A stretch of 64,000 nucleotides of DNA from Glaucostegus cemiculus (taxonomy: Eukaryota). Below the pieces are notes generated by a model that ran no database searches, was not told the DNA's origin, and was given only the letters and a program-made list of their open reading frames with translations. The position numbers and the translations under genes are program-made. Location: contig CDPCPM010000029.1 of the NCBI GenBank assembly GCA_976551045.1, positions 11,284,001-11,348,000 of the forward strand. Reading direction: 5' to 3'. Below are positions 24,141 through 38,061 of this stretch, in pieces; position 1 is the stretch's first letter; every line of letters starts with the position of its first letter.

Positions 24141-25179
24141 TTCCATTCTGAAGGATGGTTTTGACTGCAAGCATTTTAAACTGCATCAGAACTGAAAGGG
24201 ATTCCCTCAGCTTGGGTGGTGTGTGAACTGACACAATATATCAGAAGATCAATGACCAATATGTTGACAAACATCATGATGTTTTTACGTATGTATTATA
24301 TATATTAGTCAATGGACAATATCTTTTCATTAATGCTGTCACCACTGTAAGGACTGTATGGTGTGATTAACTGTTTTCTAGTGCTACAATAATTCTTAAT
24401 GTAAAAAGTTGTATTTGTAGAAGTTCTATTTGGAAGAAAGCCACAGTAAAAATGCCAGCTGATAACATAAGGTCTTTCATTAAGTAACTGCCTTTGTTGA
24501 CAGTTTAAATTAACAACTCTTTCCAATGTCTTAGAGAGTTAGTAAAAGGGATACTAAAACACTGTCAGAATGATGGAATAGTTAAACCCAGCTGACTTGC
24601 TAGAATAGGAAGAGCCTTCTCATTTGAGATAACACATGGATATGAGAGACAGTGAATTGCGGCTTCTTATAAAGAAAACTTCTGCATTAGATATGTAATA
24701 TAAGTTCATGGACAATAATCACTTCTAAAATATTATCACTCCTTTAAGGATAGAGTCCAGTCATGATCTCTAATTCTGCAACAGTGTTTATTGTAAAAAG
24801 TCCCAAAAGCAGCCTGTTTGGATGCAAGCCATGGTCAGAATGCTGGCTGGAAATGTCAGCTCTTTCATCAGTGAAATACCTTTGTTGATTGTTTAAATTA
24901 CCAAACATTTCCAGCCTCACGGAAAGTGAATAGGGGAAATACCAAGATATTGTCCTACCTCTGCAGCATTTCACCTTGCCTTTGCAACTGAGGAACCACA
25001 GTAAAACAAATGGTGGCTACTGAACAACAAGGGTTGGCTTGTAAACTTATTGTGCATAATGCCAAAATGGAAGTCAACACAAAATAATTTTCCAGACAAA
25101 ATTTGTTCATCAAACTTCCACATACCATGCTTAAATCATCTATTAATTTCTCTGCTAAGTCTTCCTTCTGTCTTTGCCT

Positions 25180-25540
25180 TTCTCAGTATCCTCACACAGT
25201 GCTATCCCAGTGGCTGTAGTATGGCTGGTGAAATATTTACAGTGAAACAGACTTCAGACTGCCTTGGAGGACAACCTCAAACAACTCTGGGTCTAGAAGG
25301 GCTGCCTTTAGACTACACTTCCTTGTCAAGGGTGACAGCTGTCTGCACTGGTCTGATGACTGAGAAAAGGGCATTGAATAAATGGAAAGTAGGAATGTGA
25401 ATGCTATACTGAGAAAAGGCAGTAGATCCATGCTCAGTGGATCCACTACAACTGCCAAGGAGTGGTGCCAGTAACCTGTTGGAAGGCAGATGTGCTGTGC
25501 GACCCTGAAAGCCCCTTTGAACATGTGTCCACGGCCATGA
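25180..25540 (+). mobile_element. Possible RTE-like LINE C-terminal remnant
   Basis: The peptide LEDNLKQL and its flanking segments weakly resemble the RTE C-terminus. Confidence 0.25.
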
Positions 25541-25939
25541 CTGCAGCAAATTGACTATGCACAATAAGACCTGAGCTTTCACCGTAGCATCCAAACTAAT
25601 GGCTGATATTTGAACTACACTGAAAGCTGAAAAAACTACATTGTGGTAGGAACCATAAGTTTATCGATGCAGCTGTCCACCACCTGGGTGCTGCAAAGGG
25701 TAGGTTTCAGGCACTACTCAAAGCTTGAGTGAGGTTGGTGCTGCTAGGTTGACTTCTTTCAACAGTGTGCAGGTTTACCAACATGCCCACCAACACACTA
25801 AATGTTTCACTGTGCACACCATCAGCCTTCCTCTGCAGGCTACCACTCCAAACTCCTCACTTGTGGCAGCAGACTGGTATGAATACACAAACAAAATAGT
25901 CAAGAGTTGGAGCAGATCACTTAGCACTCAGGACTGATT

Positions 25940-26945
25940 GGGCCTGAGTTACAAGAAGTTGTTGCATAGATAGGACTTTATTCTCCAGAAGGTAGGAGAT
26001 TGAGAGGATGACCTGGTAGAGGTATATAAGATCACTAAGGGCACCGACAGGGTGAAAGTACATAATCTTTTTCCAAGGGAGTGGGATGCTAAAAACAAGA
26101 GGACCTAGCCTTACTATCAGAGGCAAGAGATTTAGACCATAATGGCATAAAACCAAAGACATAGGAGCAAAATTAGGCCATTTGGTCCATTGAATCTGCT
26201 CTGCCATTCGGTCATGGCTGGTTTATTTATCCCTCTCAACCCTATTCTCCTGCCTTCTTCCTGTAACCTTTGATAACCTTACTCATCAAGAACCTATCAA
26301 CATCTGCTTTAAATATATCAAATTACTTAGCCTCCCATCTGTGGAAATGAATTCCACAGACTCACCACTCTAAAGAAATTCTTTCTCATCTCTGTTCGAA
26401 AGAGTTGTCCTTCTCCTCTGCGACTGTGCCTTCTGGTCCTAGACTCTCCCACTACTAGAAACACCCTCTCCATGTTCACTCTATCCAGGCCTTTCAATAT
26501 TCAGTAGGTTTCAATGAGATCCCCCTCCACCACCATTCTTCAAAAGTCCAGTGAATGCAGGCCCAGAGCCATCAAACACTCCTCATACATTAACCTTTCA
26601 CTCCAGCATCATTCTCATAAACCTCCTCTGGACTCTCTCCAATGCCAGCACATCCTTCCTTAGATATGGGGCCCAAAACTGCTCACAACACTCCAGATTT
26701 AAAAGGGACATCGGGGTAGCTTCTTCATGCAAAGGGTGGTGTGCATTTGGAATGAGCTGCCAGAAATAGTGGTTGAGGTGGGCACATTAGCAACATTTAA
26801 AAGCCATCTAGGTAAGTACATGGAAAGGAGATGTTTAGAGGGCCACGGGCCAAACACAGGCTGATGGGACTAGCTCCCTGGGCAACACAGTCAGCATGGA
26901 CGAGTTGGGCCAAAGGGCCTGTTTCCATGCTGTATGACGCTATGA
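25940..26945 (+). mobile_element. CR1 3' end containing an antisense CR1 insertion
   Basis: The plus-strand CR1 runs to gagattta (about 26132) and resumes at agatttaaaagggac (about 26695), ending in gggccaaagggcctgtttcc. Confidence 0.8.
26135..26695 (-). mobile_element. CR1 3' end, different subfamily, nested antisense
   Basis: aagacataggagcaaaattaggccatt..ctcaaccctattctcctgcc..ttccttagatatggggcccaaaactgctcac is the reverse of a CR1 tail and RT end. Confidence 0.85.
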
Positions 26946-27939
26946 TTCACCACTCAGTGAGATCATGGCCAATCAGATTGTGACTTCAACTTACTTTCCT
27001 GCCTACCCTTGGTGGTCTTGCTTGTCAAGTACCTACCTGCTTCTGCCCTAGAAGTATTCAAAGACTTCCAACATCCCTTGACAAAGTGACCTCCAAAGAT
27101 TCGTGGCTCTCAAGAAAAAAAATTGCCCGCATCTGTCTTAAAAGTGCAACCCCTTATTTTTGAACAGTGACTCATCTGCCATATTGCTCTCCAGGGGGCT
27201 GGCACTTGGTTGTCCTTTCTTCCAGCCCTGGTGGCTGATGACACAACCCCAGTGAGCAACAACATGCAGGTCCCACCTGTAAGCAAACTTCTAAATTTCG
27301 CCCTGTCCTAGTCGCTTAGCTGTTGTCTGAAAATGTTACATGGAGTGACAGTACACCTTCATCCTCATTGTCTTCTCTCCCTTCTTCCTGTGCTTGGCCA
27401 AGCTTCACTTTTTGACGACATGAGAGGAGAAAGTCAGGGTATTCTGAAAGGGGAAACATTAAGAGGCGCACGCCAACACCATCTGCAGCTTGTACATCGG
27501 AAGAGACTGTTGGGTGGATTATTTAAGCAGAGGACAGTGTCATCTTCTTATGTTTCCCCAGCACTGCTCATCAGAGTCTCGGTAATGAGCTCCAGTTCTG
27601 GCCAGCACCGTCTCCTGTGAAAGAGTTGTGCTCAGCTGCCAGTTGTCTGCTGTTGTCAGTGATTGTATGCCGGAGCGAGGAAAATGCATTGGTGGGCATT
27701 GCACAGTATATTGGCTGATGTACCATTCATGGCTGAATACCAGGTGGTGCATTCACACCGCGGAAGCTGGACATGAGACCTTCGGTAGTGCTGGGTGTCT
27801 GAGGGCATGGTGGAGAGTGTGTGTGAAGTAAGTGTCCTAACTGACAGGCATTGTCAGTGATGAGCATTGGGGATGTGCTGTATAGGGCAGTGTCTGAGGC
27901 TGGTGGTGCATTTGATAGGATATGATATTTAAAGATGAC

Positions 27940-28170
27940 AGTTGATCTGGACCATTCCTGGGATCATTTTGAACTTTTTTTCTAGCCCTAGGATCATCAC
28001 AGAGGTTCGGATCTTGTTAATGACCACTTCAACCATCTCCTCCTGCTGTTTTCCATTGTTTGTCCGTACTTGAGAACACCTGGGCACACAGTACATTTTT
28101 TTCTGGTTTACTTTCCTTCCATCGAGGCCTCCGGAGCATTATTTGAGAAATGTGCACCTGCCCCTCCCAT
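27940..28170 (-). pseudogene. Harbinger Myb/SANT-like ORF remnant (tentative)
   Basis: Minus strand AHFSNNAPEASME..RKNVL..QWK..RKKFK resembles APRFS..LE.L...RR.VL..W..RK(K/R)FNDL. Confidence 0.35.
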
Positions 28171-29137
28171 TCTGATCATTTCCCAGGCCAGATTCTGCAG
28201 TAGAATGTATGCCAGTACCTACTGCAGACACTATTCATCTCTTACTTAGGAGGGGTAGGTTTATGGGGTAGTACTAGCCATTCGTGATCCCGGGCCTCTT
28301 GCCAGGGTGTGTTGTGAATGAACACTGTGACCAGAATTGGCTGCACATTGACATCATGTACTTGAGCAGGTAACACAAAGTTGGCATATTTCCTGCATTG
28401 GGAGTAACAGGCTTAGATTCATCATACTTTACCATCCTCTTGTCAGTTTTCGGTGACAATCGACTGAGCTCCTGTTATTTGCCAATTGTGTACATACAGG
28501 TTTGGCATGTCCTGTTTGTCCATGCTCTAACATGGCTTGAGCATTCAGAACTTTCCCAGATGCCCATCATAGCAGTTCTCCTTGAGTCTGTGCATTGGAG
28601 GATAACAATTCACTTTAAATTTCATTTCAAAGAAATCCACAATCAGTCTGAGCAAAATCTATCATAACTGCCAACTCTCATTCAATCACAACTCACATCT
28701 TTTCTGCATCTGAGATCGAAATGGATGTTTAACATTTAAAAAGATGCATTTCTTGGTAAGTTGTTATCAACTGTGTAAGTATTCAGATTTGATGTGGGTT
28801 CAAAAAATATCTTCCTGTCATTACTTCAGTGTTTTTCTATACTCTTTATCTAGTCTATGTCATAAATTTACTCAAAATAAAATAAGATTCTGACTTGTCG
28901 ATCAATTCTTGTTCAGTTCTACTGTCACCAAAAATTTAAAATATTTCAAAGTAAATTTGTATACCCAGGTCCTCCATGAATCTGTCTTTAATATGATTAA
29001 CATAGTAACATTAATATAAGAAATATTTCTGAAATGCACAATCGCTATCTTTTGTTTTCAATTACAATACTTGATTCATAGCTCCAGTTCAGTTATGAAA
29101 TCATTAACCAGAACTTGGCAATAAACATTGACAATTC

Positions 29138-31330
29138 AACATAGAACATTACAGCACAGTACAGGCCCTTAGGCCCACAATGTTGTGTTGACATTTTGAC
29201 CTACTCTAAGGTCAATCTAACCATTCCCTCCTACATACCCCCCCAATTTTCTATCATCCATGTGCCTATCTAAGAGTCTCTTAAATGTCCCTAATGTATC
29301 TGCCTCTACCAGCACCCCTGGCAGTGCATTCCACACACCCACCACTCACTGTGTAAAAAAAAAACTTACTTCCGATATTCTCCCTTGTACCTTTCTCCAA
29401 TCATCTTAAAATTATGTCCACTCATATTAGTCATTTCCACCCTGGGAAAAAGACTGACTGTCAACTCGATCTATGCCTCATCTCATACACCTCTACCAGG
29501 TCACCTCTCAATCCCCTTCTCTCCAAAGAGAAAAGCCCTAGCTTGCTCAACTTACCTTCATAAGACATGCTCTCCAATCCAGGTAACATCCTGGTACATC
29601 TCTTCTGCACCCTCTCTAAAGCTTCCACATCCTTCCTATAGTAAGGCGACTAGAACTGAACACAATATTCCAAGTGTGATCTAACCAACTATCAACTTGT
29701 GTAGCAACTTTGAAGGATCTATGGACTTGGACCCCAAGATCCCTATGTTTCTCCACACTGCTAAGAATCCTGTCATTAACCCTGCATTCTACCTTCAAAA
29801 TTGATCTTCCAAAGTGAATCACCTCACAATTTTCCATGTTGAACTCCATCTGCCACCTCTCAGCCCAGTTTTGCATCTTATCAATGTTTCGTTGTAACCC
29901 TCAACAGCCTTCTACACAATCCACACCACCACCAACCTTTGTGTCATCTGCAAAATTATTAACCCACCCCTCATCCAAGTTATTTATAAAAATCACAAAG
30001 TGCAGGGGTCCTAGAACAGATCCCTGTGGAACACCACTGGTCACCAATCTCCAGGCAGAATATGCTCCATCTACAACCACCATCTACCGTCTATGGGCAA
30101 GCCAATTCTGAATCCACACAGCCAAGTTTCCCTGGATCCCATGCCTCCCAACCTTCTGAATGAGCCTTTACACTCGTGACTGCATGGCCAGATTCTGCTC
30201 TAACTCCATCTACACCAACGGCCCCATCCTCTGACTTATCACTTGGGTTCCCATCCCCCTGCCAATCTAGTTTAAACTCTCCGCAACAACTCTAGCAAAC
30301 CTGACTACAAGGATATTGTTCCTCCTCCAGTTCAGGGGCAACCGTCCCTTTTGTACGGGTCATACCTTCCCCAGAAGAGATTCCAATGACCCACAAATCT
30401 GAAACCCTGCCCCCTGCACCAATTTCTCAGCCACACATTCATATGCTCTGTGAAATCAGCCTATTCTTACCATCATGTGGCACAGACAGCAATCTAGAGA
30501 TTACTACCCTTGAGCTCCTGCTTTTCAGCTTCCTACCTAGTTCTCCATATTCACTTTTCAGGACCTCATCCTTTTTCCTACCTATGTCATTGGAACCGAT
30601 GTTTACCACAACTTCTGGCTGCTCACCTTCACCATCCCCCTTTGGAATGCTGTGGACCCAAGCTGAGATGTCCCTCACTCTGGCACCTGGGAGGCAACGT
30701 ACCATCTGGGAGACTCTTTCACGTCCACAGAATCTCCTGTCTGCTCCCCTAACTATAGTGCCCCCTATCATTATTGCTCTCCTCTTTCCCCCCTTCCCTT
30801 CTGAGTCACAGAGCCAGACTCAATGTCAGTGACCTGACCGCTGTGGCTTTCCCCTGGTAGGTTGTCCCCTGTGATAGTATCTGAAGTGGTACTATACCTG
30901 TTATTGAGTGGAACGGCCACAGGGGTGCTCTGTACTACCTGCCTATTCCCTTCTCCTCTCCTGACAGTCACCCAGCTACCTGCCTCCTGCAACTTAGGCG
31001 TGACTACCTCCCTGGAGATGTTATCTATCATCTCCTCATTCTCCCGTATGAGCTGAAGGTCATCCAGCTGCAGCTCCAGTTCCAGTTCCTTAACACGGTC
31101 TGCAAGGAGCTGCAGCTGGATGCACTTCCTGCAGATGTAGCTAAAGAAAGAAAGCAAGCAAGTCTCTTTTTGCTGAAGACTCTTGAGTCAAAGCCTCCAC
31201 TCCCCACTCAAACACTGGTCCACTCCAACAATGGCCACCCTGCTTGACCCTACCTTCTTTTTATTGGTTGTTGCCAATTGGCTAATTTTCCACTCAGTTA
31301 TCACCTACCAATTCGCAGCTATGCCTCTTA
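29138..31330 (-). mobile_element. CR1 LINE with ORF1 (Zn-finger, coiled coil, SGNH esterase-like) and large internal ORF2 deletion
   Basis: ORF1: YICRKCIQLQLLADRVKELEL; IVRGADRRFCGRER..CLPGARVRDI..VVVNIGSNDIG. ORF2: [23 protein letters not shown]; NWAERWQMEFN. The tail is at 29138. Confidence 0.93.
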
Positions 31331-31599
31331 TACTGTCTGGAAATAGATGGAAAAGAACTGGGTCCTGACACTCACTTCTTTGTATGGTTCCCAGTTCTCA
31401 CACCGAGTGTCCTGCTTCTCACTCCAAGTCACGGCCCTCATTAGCTGGAAAAGGGTAATTGACAATAATTGAGAAAAAGTGCAGACTACATTGGCGATTC
31501 AAAACATAGTATTGATGTATTTTCTGTGTGAAGCAGTAATATACATTAAATGAGCACTGACATTTTAAAAATTATGACACCAATGTTATATCGAGAAAT

Positions 31600-32007
31600 T
31601 GTCATGATTCTGAGTACTGGCCCTTGATTTGCCTCCTTAGATGCCTCGTTGTACAGCCCATGGATTCCATGCTGGACTGATTGCATAATGACACACACCT
31701 GAGCCCCATCAGGGGCCTAGCATAAGTACCTGGGTTTCTCTAGCACTAGTTGCCAGAGGATTGGTCAACCTTTGGGTATACTTTGGCTCCTTGCTGCTTA
31801 AGTGGTCTACTCTTGAGCAATCCTGCATTCTCTATTCCTGATTGAAGATTCAGGTTGCGTTGGGATTACTACTCAGATCTCCAAGGCAAGATTTCCCTCC
31901 AGTTGCTGCCTGTGTTTGGTCCTGAGGAAATATCCTGACTCCAGTCTTGTACCAGTGTGCTGCATTTGGGTTCTCTGTGAGCTTGCTCTTCAATCAACGT
32001 TGTGACA
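31600..32007 (+). mobile_element. Solo LTR (Gypsy-like)
   Basis: Termini TGTCATG...TGTGACA with 5-bp TSD gaaat (31595-99, 32008-12); homolog of 19342-19734. Confidence 0.88.
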
Positions 32008-33304
32008 GAAATGTTATAAAGTTATAGTTTTAAATGTTTGAATCAATTTTTCAGAATCTAGGAATTGCTGATAAGGTGTCTTCTTGAACTACTGAAGTTC
32101 TTCTGATGAAAGTACTTCTACCAGTCTGTTGGGTAGGAGGTTCCAGGATTTGGACCTGATCCATATGTGGCCTGGTTTCATAGAACTGAATGCTGTAACA
32201 CCTGTTTTGCATGATTGACTGACATCTTTAGTTGAACTCTGATATTCTCAGCATCAATGTTTCCAAAGCAAGCTGGTCTTAATTAAAATGAGCTGATATT
32301 TACATTTGTCAGAAAGAAGTGACAGTTTGCTGTGTGAGGTAGAACCAAATGATCTCTGATTAGTAGTAAATCAAACTTGTTTATCAGTAGGCTGTAAATC
32401 TGGAAGGCCAAATGCTTTTAAGGAAACAAAATAAAGGGAGAATTAATACCACATTGAAAGGCACTGAAAGGTGATCAAAGATATTATATTCATGAAAGAA
32501 ATCTGTGAAGGAAATGCAGCATACCTTGGCACAAGTTGCAAGCTTAAGATTACCTGGAGTAATGTTTATTGTATATGTGAAATAAAATGCTCCTGACATT
32601 ACTTTACTTCAAACCAATGACAGTCATTATTGTGAAGTTCCCTCTGACACCCATGCTTGAGGCTGACTTTAACTGGGCTTGAGTGATTTGAATGCCTTTG
32701 ACATCTACCTTTATGAAAGATTTTTAAAATATCTTTATTTTGAAACAGTTTCTGCAATTTATTTTGCATGAAAGATTTCAAAAGTTAAGACCTTTTTCTA
32801 AATCAGAGTCAATGAAAGTTAATCCTTCTGCTTTAATCACCAGTGAGGTCCTATGAAAGATCTGGTCAATGAGTGTATAAATGTTATGTTCTGAGACTTG
32901 TTCACAAATTGGGTTTCTGCCCCACTTCCAGTGAGATTACAATAGAGCAGAGGAAACACTCTACATTCCTGACCTCTTAAAACTGCTGAGATTTATTCTA
33001 TAAAACTTTCATGAAGGTAGGGAGCAAGCAGAGCATATGCCAGAAAAGTTGAAGATGTCACCTGTTAGAGGTTCTGCTAACCTTAATCTCATAGGTTAGT
33101 TAGTATTTATTCCATTTCTGTGCTGGCAGTGTACTGTCTGACGTGCTCCATTTTGGAAAACCAGCAGTAAAGCCATGGCAGCTCAGAAGGTGCAAGGTTG
33201 GGAATCAGAAGATCCTTGCAGTAGTGGGTGCAATGACTGTAGGCTCCTTTGTGGTGCTGCTTGCATAAACAAGTAAACATAGCCAGAGCTATAAACAGAA
33301 CATA

Positions 33305-33935
33305 CTTAGAGTCATGAAGTCACACAGTGTGGAAATAACCCCTCCTCCCTCCATGCCAACCAAGGTGCCCATCTAAGCTGGTCCTATCTGCCTGCGTTTG
33401 GCCCATACCCCTCTAAACCTTTCCTGTCCATGTACCTTATACAATGAGATGGATCCTTGACCTCACAATCTACCTTGGATCTTATTGTCCACCTGCAATG
33501 CACTTCCCTGTGGCTGTGACACTTTACTCTGTATTCTGTTATTGTTTTTACCCTGTACTACCTCAATGCACTGTGTAATGAATTGATCTGTACGAACGGT
33601 ATGCAGGAAAACTTTTTCGCTGTACCTTGGTACAAATGGCAATGATAAGCCAATATCAATACCTGTCCAAGTGCCATTTAAGTATCATTAATGTACTTAT
33701 CTCAACCACTCCCTCTGGCAGGTCATTCCATATACTGACTGCCCTCTACATGAAAAAGTTGCCCCTTGGATTCTCTCCCCTCTCACCTTAAGCTTATACC
33801 CTCCAATTCTTGATTACCCAACTCAGAAGAAGCTTGCATGCATTCACCCGATCAATGCCTCTCATGATTTTGTACACCTCTATAAGATCTCCCCTCATTC
33901 TCCTTTCTTGAAGGCAATAACCCCTAGCCGGTCTG
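33305..33935 (-). mobile_element. CR1 3' end with nested Rex1-type tail (33437-33660, + strand)
   Basis: Reverse CR1 tail ..cctgcgtttggcccataccc..ccatgtacct|..|acctgtccaag. The insert matches the 3' UTR at 37440-37670. Confidence 0.8.
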
Positions 33936-34849
33936 GATACAACAATGTTTCAATAGTCATCCCATTTGGCACTTCTGAAAGGTACCCTACACAAGCAGAG
34001 GTGAAGTCATCAGAACATCAGAGCAGGACAGGCTGATTACAGTAGATGATTTCCTGTGGGGTTTACTGGTGGGGGGTGGGCTGCTGTTGTGAAGATGCTG
34101 GGAAAAAGCATTCCTGTTCATCCTGGTTCAGAAGCAATGCTGGAAAAGTGCTTACCTAATGCAGATGGTACTTCTCACTTACCCACCCATCCCCCCCCCC
34201 CTTTCTCTACCCCACTTTAATTGACGGGCAGCATGCAGTTGTTAATGTGAAACCTCATGAAAGTATAATCATGAGGCTGTCCTTTCAGAGCACGTTACTC
34301 ATTCGCTACTAAAGTTAAACCAAAACTAGGAGAGGCTTGAGGAAGCACTCCTCCATCTACTCTCTTGCACCATTGTGCTGAAGGTATGGTCAATAAAAAT
34401 CCATCCTTATATTCTGTGGGGCTTTTTGAAGGATGAAGAACAATTATGAATATTATTCACATTTCCCATTGCTCAATTTGAATTCCTTTGACATATGCTT
34501 TGAAATAGTAAAATGAAGTTTTAATCTAATTCAAAATTTATGCATGTCACATAAATATTAATGTCAGCCTTTATTATTCAAATGCAACTCCAGACTTAAA
34601 CGGATTTTAACTTTGAAAATGTCTTCTCCCTGAAGATGAGACTTAAGAGTTTAAAACATGTCACTAATAGGTAGATGCTTTGAATAAGAAACTATTTTAC
34701 TCTTGTGAGTTAGTATTTGCTTTATATTACAACTATTAGAGGATACCACAGGAATGCTGGAATGATGCAACATTGCACTGGGAAGCTAGAGGTGAATCAG
34801 TCCAAAAGAGCCTAAAATACATTGCAATGAATGGACTATTATGGGTTGT

Positions 34850-35165
34850 TAAGGGTTATTAAGCTAAATTTATTAACAAGGGAGCCTAGATACAAATTAA
34901 TTGGTAGAAGGCTTCGAGGGGAGATAAAAAATTATTTCACTCAGTGAGTGGTAGATGTCTGTACTCACCTGTGTAAGAGCGGAAGAAGCACAATCCCTTA
35001 CCACATTAAAAAAAAATGTACCTGGATGGGTATGTGAAATGCCATGACCTGCATGGCCATGGACCAAGAGCTGAAGGTGGAAGCAAGCCGATGTCCATTT
35101 TCAGCCAGCAAAGAAATGATTGGCTGAATAGCCTCCTTCTGTGCTGTAAATTCCTCTAGTTCTGT
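34850..35165 (+). mobile_element. Old CR1 3' end
   Basis: ttatttcactcagtgagtggtagatgtctg..ggctgaatagcctccttctgtgctgtaaattc. Confidence 0.6.
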
Positions 35166-36318
35166 GAGTTCCACTCTAAGATTTACATTGTTGATTAATC
35201 AATTTACTGATTTGCATCTATGTTTTTGTATTATTGTATTAGAAGTTGTGAAATCAGGTCAAAGGGTTCAAGGTGTTTACACGGCTAGTGTCTAAAAAAA
35301 TTGTAAGGTAGAAATTTTGATTGCAATGTGCCCTCCATATAACAAATGAAAATAATCCCTTAAAAATCAAATCAGTGATTTCATCGTTCTGATCTCAAGA
35401 ACACTGCTGTTGCAGAATTGCCAATGATAATTTGCTTTTTTTATAAAACAATTGGACTTTATTTCAAACGTGAAAGCTGTTGGTCTTGAACTCCATAATA
35501 TTTTTCTTGAAGACTTTCTGATACCAGAAGTAAAACAAATTAACCAGGTCTCATTCTTAAACGAGGCAACTGGTACATTGGAACACAGACAAAAAAAATG
35601 ACCAGCTAAACTATCAGATGATGAAGCTTTGTCATCTTAAGAACTTTAATGATTACTTGCTTCAAATATAAATTTGCAAAACCAAGACAAGCCAGTTTTT
35701 ATCTGCACCAGTGGGTAAGAAGATAAAATTAACAGGACTCAGGAGTTCTTAAGATCAGTTGGCAAATTTTCCTCAGAATTATGGATATCTGGAACAGACT
35801 TTAAGCCACAGCAATTAATGCTTCAGAAATGCCACATGAATACATTGTTAAAATAAGAGTGAAAGCTGCAAAAATAAGTATGGACAGGGATAATTGAATA
35901 TTATGAGGAACATGATCACAGCTATCAGGAGGCATGCTACCTTTTATTTTCTGCCAGATTTCAATCTTCTCCACCCCCATCACTTCCACTTATTCACAGC
36001 TTTTCGATAACAAGCTATCTGTTGAGGACAAGAAATGTCTTTAGACCGGATCATGACTCATGTCAGGAACCTGTGCACAGCTGGTGATGTGCTGTTGATG
36101 GAAAAAAAAGCACCTCAACCAGATCACTGATTGGGCAACAAGTAAGGTCTTGAAGTTCTACTATTTAAGCAGAGGAATCTTTCAGCACAATTCTGTGAGT
36201 TTGCATATTTTGGCAGGGGAACATACAGGCCTTTCAGCCCCTCTAGTCCACCATTGACATGAATATGGCTAGGTTCTGCACACCCACCTGTTACCCATAT
36301 TGCTCTATGTCTTAGGTA

Positions 36319-36636
36319 CAGTCAGTCCTCAGATTACATAAGGGTTCCATTCCTGAGAAATCCCTGCAAGCCAATTTCTCTGTAAGTCAGAAACTTTCAT
36401 TTTCTACAGCTACCCATATCATATCACTCTACATACACTTGCTATAATTCTTCTATTGCATCAATTATTCATCCTGCACTACCCATAATTAAACTAATGG
36501 AATATATACTATATCCACTTATTAATGAATACAACAAAACATCTTATTATTATCTTGAAAAATTCTTTAAAAATATATGGAAGAATTTACATAAAGTCAG
36601 ATTTCCATAAGTCAGGTCCTACCTGGGGAGCCTCTG
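36319..36636. mobile_element. Tc1/mariner (Tigger/pogo-like) MITE
   Basis: TA|CAG...CTG|TA ends; imperfect TIRs cagtcagtcctcag vs reverse complement cagaggctccccag; repeated subterminal taagtcag; AT-rich core. Confidence 0.5.
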
Positions 36637-36954
36637 TATGAATACCCCACCAAGGGAGAAACATTGAAGTGACCACAGTGGAGGGTGGATCAGCAAGAGT
36701 ATGAAGATAAATCAAATCTAAATATCAACAGTTGATACCAATCCCTGTTGCAGCAAGTAAAATACAAATAACTATCTAACTAAGTTATGATTCAACAGTC
36801 ATTCCTCCTATCACATCAGTTCTATCCAGAGACTAATGCCATCATCTGGAACACTACCAATGCAAATGAGCTGCTACATAATTTGTTATGGTTCATGATT
36901 GATGAGACCAATGTTAGAAAACTGAAACAGAAACCCTGTCTTCCATGGAGACCT

Positions 36955-37775
36955 AAGAGACTGCAGATACTGGAATCTGGAGCAACAAACAGGATGCTAG
37001 AGGAACTCAGTGGGTCAGGCAGCATCTGTGAACAGTCAACATTTCAGGTCAAGATCCTTCATCTGGACTAAAGGAGGCTAAAGAAATTTGGCATGCCCCC
37101 TCTGACACTCACCAACTTTTATCGATGCACCAAAGGAAGCATCCTATCTGGATGTATTACAGCTTAGTATGGCAACTGCTCTGCCCAGGACAGCAAGAAA
37201 CTGCAGAGAGTTGTGGACACAGCCCAGCACATCACGGAAACCAACCTCCCCTCCATGGACTCTGTCGACACCTCTTGCTGCCTAGGTGAAGCAGCCAGCA
37301 TAATCAAAGAGCCCACCCACCCGGATCATTCTCTGCTTTCTCCTCTCCTATCAAGCAGAAGATACAGGAGCCTGAGGGCAGATACCACCAGGCTCAAGGA
37401 CAGCTTCTATCCCACGGTGATAAGACTATTGAACGGTTTGTTATACAATGAGATGGACTCTTGACCTCACAGTCTATCTTGTTATGACCTTGCACCTTAT
37501 CGTCTACCTGCAATGCACTTCCCTGTAGCTATGACACTTTACTCTATATTCTGTTATTGTTTTTACCTCAATGCACTGTGTAATGAATTGATCAGTATGA
37601 ACAGTATGCAAGGCAAGTTTTTTACTGTACCTCGGTACAAGTGACAATAATAAACCAATACCAATATCAATCTAGACTGATCAGACGAAAGGTCTTGAAC
37701 AAAAACATCATCTGTCCATCTTCCTCCACAGATGCTGCCTGGCCTGGTGAGTTCCTCCAGCATCTTGTTTGTTGA
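36955..37775. mobile_element. Palindromic Penelope-derived element split at its centre by a Rex1-like LINE
   Basis: Left arm 36955-37069, right arm 37680-37775; near-TSD atctggact/atctagact around the insert. Confidence 0.8.
37070..37670 (+). mobile_element. Rex1/Babar-like LINE 3' part
   Basis: RRLKKFGM..LTNFYRCT..SILSGCITA*YGNCSAQDSKKLQRVVDTAQHI..ASIIKEPTHPDH..RRYRSL..TTRLKDSFYPTVIRLLN; tail aataaaccaatacc. Confidence 0.92.
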
Positions 37776-38061
37776 CCCTATCTTCCATGATCAATTCTCT
37801 CTGCTAATGTTCCCACGAGGCACTGTGTCTGTAATCACAACTTGACAAATGGCAGGGAGCTGGGTTCCATGGGCACCACTTGAGATGACTGGGGTGGCCG
37901 ACATTGAGGGGCTCTGGCCTCAATGGGGATGGCTGCAGCCTATCAGTAATGGCTGGGGCACTCAAGCCCCTGACAACTTTTTGGCCATTGGTTGAGAAGC
38001 AACTGGATGGTGGGACGTGTAATTGTCCAGCTCCAGGCAAAAAGAGAAAAACCTGATAGTC

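Noticed and set aside
19342-32007. One large element or inversion bounded by the two LTRs
   Set aside because: Each LTR has its own intact TSD pair, and the interval holds unrelated repeats with no gag/pol.
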